From: an uncultured virus (IMG/VR IMGVR_UViG_3300048580_000371)
Lineage: Duplodnaviria; Heunggongvirae; Uroviricota; Caudoviricetes
Length of the DNA stretch: 20,000 bases
Reading direction: 5' to 3' (one strand)
IMG/VR virus record: IMGVR_UViG_3300048580_000371
A model generated the notes under the pieces. It made no database searches and was not told the DNA's origin. It saw only the letters and a list, made by a program, of their open reading frames with translations. Below are positions 8,503 through 16,410 of this stretch, piece by piece. Positions within the stretch are counted from its first letter, which is position 1, and every line of letters starts with the position of its first letter. A program made the translations under genes and the position numbers.

Positions 8503-8647
8503 TTTGACATTTCTCCTTGGTCATTGTATAAATAACATTGTAGCGGAAAGAGGCATCCTCCTTGGTGTCTGTTGATGGATATTGGTAGTATCTATCGACC
8601 CGCTATATCTATTTAGCTTTTTCTTTCAAATTTGTGCAATTTATTTT
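8500..8647. repeat. Endonuclease-associated intergenic cassette, copy 2
   Basis: Highly similar to copies 1 and 3; begins exactly at the GIY-YIG start codon. Confidence 0.95.
8535..8627 (+). ncRNA. Putative structured small RNA, copy 2
   Basis: TATAAATA 8527-34; P1 8541-46/8600-05; P2 8551-57/8564-70 with loop CTCCTT; P3 8571-81/8589-99. Confidence 0.6.
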
Positions 8648-8673
8648 GACTTATGTGATGTATTTCATATAAT
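8646..8673 (+). promoter_or_regulatory. Putative sigma70-type promoter
   Basis: TTGACT-16nt-TATAAT upstream of the MBL gene. Confidence 0.5.
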
Positions 8674-8729
8674 ATTATGAAATGAAGTGTTATGTTTGTA
8701 TCATAACATCTAATAAGGAGGATATTGTT

Positions 8730-9497
8730 ATGACATACAAATTAACATTTTTGGGATCTGGTTCTGCATTTACACCGCCTTGGGGAGATAACTATCAATC
8801 CAATATGGTTTTTCAATCACCATCAGGTAAGAAATTACTTATCGACTGTGGAACACAAGTTCATATGGGATTGCATGACCAAGGCTGGAGTATTTTTGAT
8901 ATTGATGCAGTTTATATCAGTCACCAACATTCTGACCATATTGGAGGGCTGGAAGAGACCGCCTTCAAAACATATTTTACCCCAAATCACCCAAAACCAA
9001 AAATGATCGCTTATGGGAGAATGTTGGATTTTCTTTGGAATGAAAGCCTTCGAGGTGGTCTTGCAAGCCTTCAAGGACAAATGGCAACGTTAGCTACTTA
9101 TTTTGATCTTGTACCAGTTGCCCGTAATAGTGGATTTGAATGGGAAGGCAATGAATTCAAATTAATCCGCACCATACACATAATGGATGGGTTTGATTTT
9201 GTCCCATCATATGGATTAATGTTTGACCTAAATGGTAAGAAGGTATATTTAACCACAGATGCCCAACATTGTCCACACCAAATCATGGACTTTTATAAAA
9301 TGGCAGATGTGATTTTCCAAGATTGCGAAACAACACCATTTAAATCTGGTGTCCATGCACACTATAGCGAATTAGTAACGTTGCCAGATGAAATTAAAAA
9401 TAAAATGTGGTTGTACCATTATCAACCTGGTGATTTACCTGATGCTATAAAGGATGGTTTCTTGGGATTTGTAAAGAAAGGACAAACATTCGAATGA
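8730..9497 (+). CDS. MBL-fold metallo-hydrolase, Apyc1-like (anti-Pycsar) cyclic nucleotide phosphodiesterase candidate
   Basis: SD AAGGAGG; LGSGSAF, LLIDCG, SHQHSDHIGGLEE, LWNESLRGGL, FQDC, GVHAHYSEL, LYHY. Confidence 0.8.
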   Translation: MTYKLTFLGSGSAFTPPWGDNYQSNMVFQSPSGKKLLIDCGTQVHMGLHDQGWSIFDIDAVYISHQHSDHIGGLEETAFKTYFTPNHPKPKMIAYGRMLDFLWNESLRGGLASLQGQMATLATYFDLVPVARNSGFEWEGNEFKLIRTIHIMDGFDFVPSYGLMFDLNGKKVYLTTDAQHCPHQIMDFYKMADVIFQDCETTPFKSGVHAHYSELVTLPDEIKNKMWLYHYQPGDLPDAIKDGFLGFVKKGQTFE

Positions 9498-9730
9498 TTA
9501 AAGGATTTAAAGTAGAATATAAACCAAATGGTGATTATCATCTTATTGAATATACAGGTGATACTGAAGTAAATAGAATTAAATATTCATTGCCTATATT
9601 TGGACAAAATGAACCAATCCAATGGCAAGACATAGATTGGATTAGAAAAGATGATAATTCAGATTATGCTAATTTTTGTCGGGCAAGATTCGTTAATGCA
9701 CAAAAAGCTTTGGAAAAAAGGAGAACATAA
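9494..9730 (+). CDS. Hypothetical protein
   Basis: ATGA overlap; 78 aa. Confidence 0.7.
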   Translation: MIKGFKVEYKPNGDYHLIEYTGDTEVNRIKYSLPIFGQNEPIQWQDIDWIRKDDNSDYANFCRARFVNAQKALEKRRT

Positions 9731-9843
9731 TGTTTTGGTTTTTATTGGTGCTTATATTTTTCTGTGGGTTTATGGCTGGTGTGATTTTTGAAAGAAAACA
9801 TCAACCAGAATTAGAAGAAGATTTAAATGAAGGGCAAGAATAA
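9730..9843 (+). CDS. Small membrane protein (37 aa; not in the ORF track)
   Basis: SD AGGAG, TAATG coupling at both ends; MFWFLLVLIFFCGFMAGVIFERKHQPELEEDLNEGQE. Confidence 0.7.
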   Translation: MFWFLLVLIFFCGFMAGVIFERKHQPELEEDLNEGQE

Positions 9844-10076
9844 TGAACACAATGGCTGCTGTGGTTTTAATTTTAACATATGTATCTGATACTGTAGTTT
9901 ATAACCAGTACATGTCACCAATTTATGTCCAAACCCCAGAAGCGTGTTTTAAAATTAAAAAAAATCTTTATAAAAATCGTGGAAAATGTGTTGATACAAA
10001 AACTGGTGAAGTTCTAATTGAATATGAAATACCAAAAAATATTGGACCAGATACTGAAGTAAAAAGGGTTCCATAA
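9843..10076 (+). CDS. Hypothetical protein, hydrophobic N-terminus
   Basis: TAATG coupling; 77 aa with two Cys. Confidence 0.7.
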   Translation: MNTMAAVVLILTYVSDTVVYNQYMSPIYVQTPEACFKIKKNLYKNRGKCVDTKTGEVLIEYEIPKNIGPDTEVKRVP

Positions 10077-10082
10077 TATAAT

Positions 10083-10114
10083 AAAAAGAGGAGAGGGTGA
10101 AATAACTCTCCTCT
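10083..10114 (-). terminator. Intrinsic terminator for the minus-strand endonuclease gene
   Basis: AGAGGAGAG/CTCTCCTCT 9-bp stem with an A-run on the left (U-run on the minus strand). Confidence 0.7.
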
Positions 10115-10124
10115 GATTATGGGG

Positions 10125-11051
10125 TTAGGTTTGTTCTGTCTTTATAAAATTTTCATAACGAGTTTCGACCATTTCAATTGATATTTTCTTTTGTGTTTCA
10201 TTATCTACAAATATTAATTCAGGTATCCAATTTTTATTACTAATTCTTATAAAATTGTATCCTTGTTTCCAAGCACTATTTTGTTTGAGTCTGTCCCTTA
10301 CTATTTGTTGTTTTGATATTGTATGGAAATATTCACCATCAACTTCAACTAATAAATGTAAATCTGGTATATAAAAATCATATAACCATTGCCCTCTATT
10401 ATTAACATCATTCACTATAAATTGGTGTTCAAATATTATACCAAAATCATTTAAAAATTCTTTAAATAACAGTTCAATATCTGTATCTTTTTTCTTTGTT
10501 GGATTGTTTTTAATATAATTGCACATCGCTATTGATTGTTTTTCTCTGGCTTCTGGTGATGGTATTCTTCCTTTTGGGTGCATTAAATCTGGGAATAAAC
10601 GATTTAATTCTTTTAGTCTTGCCCCAGCTGCATCACGTTGTTCTTGGGTCTTGATAAAAAATCCCAAACCAGGTTGACATTTCCACCCGGCAGCGAATCT
10701 GCGTTGTATTTCACCAATCATAAAGACACGCATAAATTCTTTATGTTCTTCAGTATGGGAACCCCAAGATACTCCTGTTCTTATTTTTGAAAGTTTTTGT
10801 TTTGTTTCTTCAGAACGCTTTATCCCGGTAAGTGCATTGACTACTTTTTGTTTGTATTCATCATTGTGCATTGGATTATTTTCTCTAAAACCTTTTCCCA
10901 AATCATGAGCCAAAGATTCACACACTATTGGACTGTTTGGGTAGAGTTCTTTATATTTGTTAGTATCAATCCCATGTTTTTTTAGATGAGTTTTGGTTAT
11001 TCTTTTAAATTTACAGTTGCATATTTCGCAGGTTATTAAATCCATATTCAT
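10125..11051 (-). CDS. Free-standing Vsr/DUF559-like (EDxHD-type) endonuclease with N-terminal zinc finger and NUMOD3
   Basis: CEIC...THLKKH; RSEETKQKLS; DTDIE, YDFYIPDLHLLVEVDGEYFH, RDRLK, GYNFIRI. Confidence 0.85.
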   Translation of the reverse strand: MNMDLITCEICNCKFKRITKTHLKKHGIDTNKYKELYPNSPIVCESLAHDLGKGFRENNPMHNDEYKQKVVNALTGIKRSEETKQKLSKIRTGVSWGSHTEEHKEFMRVFMIGEIQRRFAAGWKCQPGLGFFIKTQEQRDAAGARLKELNRLFPDLMHPKGRIPSPEAREKQSIAMCNYIKNNPTKKKDTDIELLFKEFLNDFGIIFEHQFIVNDVNNRGQWLYDFYIPDLHLLVEVDGEYFHTISKQQIVRDRLKQNSAWKQGYNFIRISNKNWIPELIFVDNETQKKISIEMVETRYENFIKTEQT

Positions 11052-11229
11052 TTTGACATTTCTCCTTGGTTATTGTATAAATAACATTGTAGCGGAAAGA
11101 GGTATCCTCCTTGGTGCCTGTTGATGGATACTACTAATATCTATCAACCCGCTATACTTATTTATCTTTTTCTTTCAATTTCGTGTAATTTATTTTCATT
11201 AATATTGATTTTTCTTTCTTCATTGTTGT
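11049..11229. repeat. Endonuclease-associated intergenic cassette, copy 3
   Basis: Highly similar to copy 1 over about 180 bp, including the outward promoter. Confidence 0.95.
11084..11176 (+). ncRNA. Putative structured small RNA, copy 3
   Basis: TATAAATA 11076-83; P1 11090-95/11149-54; P2 11100-06/11113-19 with loop CTCCTT; P3 11120-30/11138-48. Confidence 0.6.
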
Positions 11230-11234
11230 ATTAT
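11205..11234 (+). promoter_or_regulatory. Putative sigma70-type promoter for polB fragment B
   Basis: TTGATT-18nt-TATTAT; SD AAGGAGGT before ATG 11264. Confidence 0.5.
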
Positions 11235-11263
11235 TAAAGAATAACAAGTAAGGAGGTAAATCA

Positions 11264-13024
11264 ATGGCAGACTATAATCCAAAAGATTTAACCAAATTAA
11301 TCCAAGAAGGTGATGCTGGAAAGATAAAGGCATATATGGATGAATATGATTTGGTGTTATCTGGGAGTAAAATTGTCCCAAAATCTGATAAGGCAAAAGA
11401 GCATAAGGCTGAAGAAGCCTTTATGGATATGCGGCAGCACAGTCGTAAAATCTTGTTAAATTCGTAAATATTGCGACTTCATGCAGTGATGTATGTCGAA
11501 AAACCCCTTTAACTGCTGGAAACTCTGACCGTGAAAGACGAAGACAATCAGCAGCCAAGCCCTTGAAAAAGGGAAGGTTCAACGACCAGAGAGAAATCTC
11601 GTAGACCCAAGTGGGTCGAAATGGGGGGTATCCTGTAAATCAGGATAGTGATATGGTCTATTCTTTATGGAAACATAAAGCAGCGAAAGCGGGATAAGAG
11701 TAACGACCTTATTCGAATATCAAGTATATGGTGCCTAAAAATTGGGCCATTAATTAGTAATAATTAATTGAAAACCCCTTTAATTGCTGGAAACTCTGAC
11801 CGTGAAAGACGAAGACAATCAGCAGCCAAGCGAAAAGAAATTTTCGAAGGTTCAACGACTATGCGAAAGCAGTAGGTCCAAGTGGATCGAAATGGGGGGT
11901 ATCCTGAAATTTGTCAGGATAGTGATATAGTCTTTTCTTTATGGAAACATAAAGCTGCGAAAGCGGGATAAGAGTAACGACCTTATTTGAAAATTAAAGT
12001 GTTGAACGAAAATATGAGAAATTATGATCCAAGAATTGGCTCCAGCGTTACTATGACTGGAAGGTGTATCTCTCGTCATATGGCTGGTGTTGTGAATGAT
12101 ATTATCTGTGGTGTAAAGGATCATCGTGGGGAATCAATTATATATGGTGATTCTGTGCATGAACGAACAATAATCAATACTAATATGGGATTGTTTACTA
12201 TTGGGCAATTATATGATTATTGTAGTAATAAATGGGAAGAACGTGGAAAATATTTTAGTTCGGATGATACCATAAAGGTTTTATCATATAATCCTGAAAC
12301 AAAACAACCAGAATATTATCCAATCAATCATGTGATTAAACATTGGACAGAAAAAGAAATGTTTGAAATTCGTGATACAAGGAGAATAGAACCAAATGTT
12401 GCAAACACAAATTTTGTTATTGTGACTGCTGATCATTCATTAATGATTGAACGAAATGGTGATTTGGTAAAAATAAAACCAACTGATATATTACCAACAG
12501 ATGTTTTAATTGGTTTGGCTGATGATAATAAAGATGGACAACGTATAGTTTATAAAAGCACTTGTGAAATAAAATCATTGGGTATTGTGCCACAGAATGT
12601 TTATGATATATCAATTAAATCTGATGATAAAAGTAGGCATACGTTTTTTGGAAACAACATTTTATTAAAAAATACAGATTCTGTTAAATGGAATAGTAAA
12701 ATTGATACAAAAACAGGTGAAACATCAATTGAAAATTTATTTCAGACCTGTGAAAAGAAATGGGTTGATGGCGAGAAGGAATATGCTTGGTCTGATGTAA
12801 AGATTAAAGCATTTGATGGTAAGACCAAGAAAGCCAAATACATGCCTGTAAATTATATTTATCGTCATAAAGTATCAAAAGACCAATGGGTTATTAAAGC
12901 AGAAACAGGACAAGAAGTAATAACTACCGGTGACCACTCTATTATGGTTGAACGAAATAAAGAAATTATTGAAGTAAAACCAATTGAAATAAAACCTGAT
13001 GATTTATTGATAATAAATGGGTAA
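11264..13024 (+). CDS. polB: Family B DNA polymerase fragment B precursor: join(11264..11465,11725..11736,12000..13024), 412 aa including inteins
   Basis: Splicing restores motif B RQHSRKILLNSLYGALLNENMRNYDPRIGSSVTMTGR; removing intein 1 gives IIYGDTD (motif C). Confidence 0.92.
11466..11724 (+). ncRNA. Group I intron 1 (259 nt, no ORF)
   Basis: Exon ends in U with P1 TCGT/GCGA U-G pair; P AACTGCTGGAA, Q AATCAGCAG, R TCAACGACCA, S GATATGGTCT; terminal G 11724; splicing restores the frame. Confidence 0.92.
11737..11999 (+). ncRNA. Group I intron 2 (263 nt, no ORF)
   Basis: P1 GCCT/GGGC with U-G; P AATTGCTGGAA, Q AATCAGCAG, R TCAACGACTA, S GATATAGTCT; terminal G 11999; splicing restores the frame. 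Confidence 0.92.
12152..12673 (+). mobile_element. Cis mini-intein (174 aa) at YGD|TD
   Basis: Starts with Ser (SVHERT), block B VTADHSL, block F VYDISI, ends HTFFGNNILLKN with +1 Thr; no endonuclease domain. Confidence 0.9.
12680..13021 (+). mobile_element. N-terminal half of a split intein (114 aa) at YGDTD|
   Basis: Starts SVKWNSKI, block B TTGDHSI, ends IKPDDLLIING* with no block F/G; paralogous to intein 1. Confidence 0.85.
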
Positions 13025-13038
13025 TTTTTAAACAAATT

Positions 13039-13089
13039 GATAAATAATTTATGGTGATATATAGTGTCACCATAAATTATAGGTGGTGA
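13039..13089 (+). promoter_or_regulatory. Late-promoter-like GATAAATA plus hairpin adjacent to the endonuclease RBS
   Basis: 14-bp perfect inverted repeat 13044-13057/13067-13080, then AGGTGGTG and ATG 13091. Confidence 0.55.
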
Positions 13090-13090
13090 A

Positions 13091-14122
13091 ATGGTTGGAT
13101 TTAGAAAAGAAGAATTTTATATAAAAAAATTTGGTGAAGAAAAAGGCAAGGATGAATATCAACGAGTATTAATAGCTCGTGATAAAAGACAATCACGACT
13201 GGACACAGGTAGAGGGGTTGAATATAAAGTTTATACTGAAGAAGATGTTTTAAATGGTGATGCTATTAAATGTCAATGTTGTGGTTATATAACATCGAGA
13301 TTACAATGGACCCACTTTAAATATAAATGTATTATTAAAACGTCAGAAGAATATTTAGAAAAATATCCATTGGCATTAATAGTGGCACCAAATTTAAGCA
13401 AAAAAACATCAATGACTTTAGAAAATATGATTGAGCTTCATGGCGAAATAAATGGAAAAATTAAATGGGAACAATATTGTTTAAAGCAAGCAGAAACTAA
13501 TTCATTTGAATATAAAGCAGAAAAATATAATATATCAGAAGACGATTTTAAAAAATATAATAAATCAAGAGCTGTAACATTAGAAAATTTAATAAAAAAA
13601 CATGGGGAAGACGAAGGATTAAAAAAATGGAATGATTATTGTGATAGACAAAAATATACTTGTTCATTAGAATATTTTATTGAAGAATATGGGGAAGATG
13701 AAGGATTAAATCGTTATACTTATTGGCATGAAAAAAGAGTTTGTAATGGTAATGGTGGAATTTCTGACGCAGAAGAAATTGTATTTGATATATTAGATAA
13801 TTATATTGGGGAAAACGTTAGACAATTAGTTTTAAAACATGATACCATTGATAAACATTATAGATATGATTATGCCAATGTAGAAAAAAGAAAAATAATT
13901 GAATTTAATGGAACTTATTGGCACTGTGATCCAAGAAAATATGTTGAGGATTATATTCATACCAAAACAAAATTAACAGCTGGACAAATATGGGCGAGAG
14001 ATGAGGATAAAATTAATTGTGCCAAACGTCTTGGGTATGATATTATGATTATATGGGAAAAAGACTGGAATACAAATCAAGAAAAAATTATATCTGATGT
14101 TGTATCATGGTGGAATAGATAA
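13091..14122 (+). CDS. Free-standing Vsr-like (EDxHD-type) endonuclease with zinc finger and repeated YGE(D/E)EG-like units
   Basis: CQCCG...THFKYKC; repeats FGEEKG/HGEDEG/YGEDEG; SDAEE, YDY...IIEFNGTYWHCDP, RDEDK, GYDIMIIWEKDW. Confidence 0.85.
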   Translation: MVGFRKEEFYIKKFGEEKGKDEYQRVLIARDKRQSRLDTGRGVEYKVYTEEDVLNGDAIKCQCCGYITSRLQWTHFKYKCIIKTSEEYLEKYPLALIVAPNLSKKTSMTLENMIELHGEINGKIKWEQYCLKQAETNSFEYKAEKYNISEDDFKKYNKSRAVTLENLIKKHGEDEGLKKWNDYCDRQKYTCSLEYFIEEYGEDEGLNRYTYWHEKRVCNGNGGISDAEEIVFDILDNYIGENVRQLVLKHDTIDKHYRYDYANVEKRKIIEFNGTYWHCDPRKYVEDYIHTKTKLTAGQIWARDEDKINCAKRLGYDIMIIWEKDWNTNQEKIISDVVSWWNR

Positions 14123-14136
14123 TAAATGGGTGATTA

Positions 14137-14382
14137 ATGACCGCAATATGTTCTGACAACAATGATTATAGGAAGATAATAACCAATAAGGTTATAAGGG
14201 AAACACTTGATAAATTATTTAATTATTATGATTTAGGTCCAAATAATAGTATACAATCCATATTATCTTTTGTATTTTTACGGACAAGGACAAGACGAAA
14301 TCGCAACAAAGAATTAATATCACAATATAATTTGGTGTTAAAGATGACTTATCCGGATTTATATGATGGATTTAAATTATGA
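14137..14382 (+). CDS. Hypothetical protein
   Basis: 81 aa; ends DGFKL with ATGA coupling (possibly a degenerate motif). Confidence 0.6.
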   Translation: MTAICSDNNDYRKIITNKVIRETLDKLFNYYDLGPNNSIQSILSFVFLRTRTRRNRNKELISQYNLVLKMTYPDLYDGFKL

Positions 14383-14684
14383 GTAGGTGCTTTATTGATT
14401 GGGTGGGGAATGAACATTGGGAACGAGATTCTGACGATGATGGTCCACAATTAGTCAATCAACATTATTCCATGTGGTATAGGAATTATAAAATCCCACC
14501 TGCCCCACCTTCTGGGATTGCCCATAGAGAAAATGGACCAGCTATAATTTATAAAAATTGCAATTTAAAGAAGTTTTGTTTAGATGCTGAAGAATATACA
14601 TTAAAGGAATATATTGACGAATTAATCAAACGTGGTAAGATAAAATCTGAAGATGCATTGGTGTGTTATTTGAAATGGAGTTAG
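14379..14684 (+). CDS. Hypothetical protein with HRENGPA repeat unit and FKLxW-type end
   Basis: AHRENGPAIIY; ends EDALVCYLKWS. Confidence 0.75.
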   Translation: MSRCFIDWVGNEHWERDSDDDGPQLVNQHYSMWYRNYKIPPAPPSGIAHRENGPAIIYKNCNLKKFCLDAEEYTLKEYIDELIKRGKIKSEDALVCYLKWS

Positions 14685-14685
14685 A

Positions 14686-14976
14686 ATGGACAATGGAGTG
14701 AAATCATATCATGTAACTGGTGATTGGGAAGTATTTCGTGTCCCTGTGCCAAAATATATGGAGTGTGAAATATTATATGATGCGATATGGACATGGTGTG
14801 CTGATAAATTGGAAGGTCCATTTAAAGTATTCAATGTTTCTTATGGGTCATCAAAATCTTTTTATAAAAATGGTAAACCAAGCAAAACATTAGAAACACT
14901 TGCATATAGGGAATTAGTTCAGGTTGATATTCAAAGAAAATCAGATGCTATTTTGTTTAAATTAAAGTGGGGGTAA
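14686..14976 (+). CDS. FKLxW-family hypothetical protein
   Basis: IWTWCADK; ends RKSDAILFKLKWG. Confidence 0.8.
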   Translation: MDNGVKSYHVTGDWEVFRVPVPKYMECEILYDAIWTWCADKLEGPFKVFNVSYGSSKSFYKNGKPSKTLETLAYRELVQVDIQRKSDAILFKLKWG

Positions 14977-14978
14977 TA

Positions 14979-15305
14979 ATGTATTATGAAGTATGTTATC
15001 ATAGATTTGCAGGAAAAATAATTCAATCACCATATGAAAATGGTTATCAAATGTCCAGAGAAGAATTTTCTGTTGGTTGTCATTCTACCAATCCATACCA
15101 TTGGACGACAAATCGTTGGGTATTTGAACGTTTAATTTGGTGTAAGGAAAATAATTTAAAATTGGCTGGATTTGACACACAAGCTTATATTAAAAGTTAT
15201 GAAGGACACGAATATAAACCAATTAGAGGTTCATTAATTACTGTATTAGAATTTAGGTTCATTAGAAAATCAGATGCATTATTTTTCAAATTAAAGTGGA
15301 GTTGA
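14979..15305 (+). CDS. FKLxW-family hypothetical protein
   Basis: LIWCKEN; ends RKSDALFFKLKWS. Confidence 0.8.
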   Translation: MYYEVCYHRFAGKIIQSPYENGYQMSREEFSVGCHSTNPYHWTTNRWVFERLIWCKENNLKLAGFDTQAYIKSYEGHEYKPIRGSLITVLEFRFIRKSDALFFKLKWS

Positions 15306-15306
15306 C

Positions 15307-15858
15307 ATGAAATTAACATTGAGTGATGATTTAAGGGAAACACTAAAAACGTCAACGTCAGATATTCAATCTGGGGAAGGTAGTTTGTATTATTATTCTT
15401 CACAAATTTGTGATGCAAGAGAAATGTTAGTATATACTTATATTTGGATGACACTAAAAAAGTATTCATTTGATGATTTTAAAATAATGGTTCAAATGGA
15501 CCCATTTATCCCTATTCAAGATATTAGAAATAGTACTAAATATGTTGTTGTGTTTTTTAATGAAGAAAAATATTTATCATTTGTGGAAACAATAAAAATA
15601 ATTAACGTTGGGACAATGTTCCCTGTATTATCCAATATAGGAAATTGTATTCCTGTTGAATATCCATTAATGGATTACAGTAGTTTTTCCGGCATACCAT
15701 TTGCAGCTGGTGATTCTGAATTTCAAGTATCGCAACATATTATAGATATATTTTGTTGGATGGTAGAAAATTGTCAAGGGAAATATTATCGTTATGGTAA
15801 ATTTTTCTTTTTTGAAACATCAGAAGATGCAATGTTATTTAAATTGAAGTGGAGTTGA
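15307..15858 (+). CDS. FKLxW-family hypothetical protein (long form)
   Basis: FCWMVENCQGKY; ends FFFETSEDAMLFKLKWS. Confidence 0.8.
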   Translation: MKLTLSDDLRETLKTSTSDIQSGEGSLYYYSSQICDAREMLVYTYIWMTLKKYSFDDFKIMVQMDPFIPIQDIRNSTKYVVVFFNEEKYLSFVETIKIINVGTMFPVLSNIGNCIPVEYPLMDYSSFSGIPFAAGDSEFQVSQHIIDIFCWMVENCQGKYYRYGKFFFFETSEDAMLFKLKWS

Positions 15859-15860
15859 TA

Positions 15861-16247
15861 ATGGAAGAATTATTTTTTGAATATGGTGTGTTTTTTAAAG
15901 TCACAGATACAGGGCTTGCCCCAATGGAAGAAATAAAATCATTTAATGAATCATTTTATAATTTATGGAAATCAATTTATGATTGTAAAAATTATAAAAA
16001 TTATGGTGAAAAAGATTGGGAAGTGGTTTTAGTTGAAAACCATTATCAAAAATACTCCCAAAAGAAATGTTCGGTGTTTTGTATGGAAAAATGTACAGGT
16101 GGCTGGGCAACGAGAAATTATTATATCACAAATGGTTCAGATGATATTGATTGTGAAGAATTTAAAAAAACTTTTAAATCTGGCATTGCATATTATTTTG
16201 AAAAACCTGAAGATGCTATATTATTTAAATTATCAATGGAGGCTTGA
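15861..16247 (+). CDS. FKLxW-family hypothetical protein
   Basis: FCMEKCTGGW; ends YFEKPEDAILFKLSMEA. Confidence 0.8.
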   Translation: MEELFFEYGVFFKVTDTGLAPMEEIKSFNESFYNLWKSIYDCKNYKNYGEKDWEVVLVENHYQKYSQKKCSVFCMEKCTGGWATRNYYITNGSDDIDCEEFKKTFKSGIAYYFEKPEDAILFKLSMEA

Positions 16248-16248
16248 C

Positions 16249-16410
16249 TTGTTAAAATGGTTAAAAAGATTAATTGTTGGTTGCGACCATGATTTTGCTA
16301 TTATTAATAGCGTAGCAACAAGAAAAATTGGTGGTTATTTATATAATCAAGAACCAAAGAAAATTTTCTTTTGTAAGAAATGTGGTAAAAAGAAGGAGAC
16401 ATGGGGATAA
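16249..16410 (+). CDS. Small zinc-ribbon-like phage protein
   Basis: SD GGAGG 16238, TTG start; GCDH...CKKCG. Confidence 0.6.
   Translation: MLKWLKRLIVGCDHDFAIINSVATRKIGGYLYNQEPKKIFFCKKCGKKKETWG

Noticed and set aside
11465..12000. polB-B as a frameshifted pseudogene, or TTG 11987 as a real start
   Set aside because: Two group I introns explain the gap exactly and restore motif B in frame; 11987 lies inside intron 2.
1962..12614. Overlapping shadow ORFs (e.g. 1962-2279, 2933-3373, 4042-4266, 4055-4294, 6109-6477, 8003-8248, 8835-9080, 12417-12614)
   Set aside because: They are antisense or alternate-frame overlaps of well-supported genes, with no recognisable motifs.
14137..14684. ORFs after the endonuclease as the missing IntC-PolB fragment
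   Set aside because: No intein block F/G or polymerase palm/thumb motifs are present in any downstream ORF.
16033..16248. 5' part of the 125-aa ORF 16033-16410
   Set aside because: It overlaps 15861-16247 out of frame; SD GGAGG supports a start at 16249.
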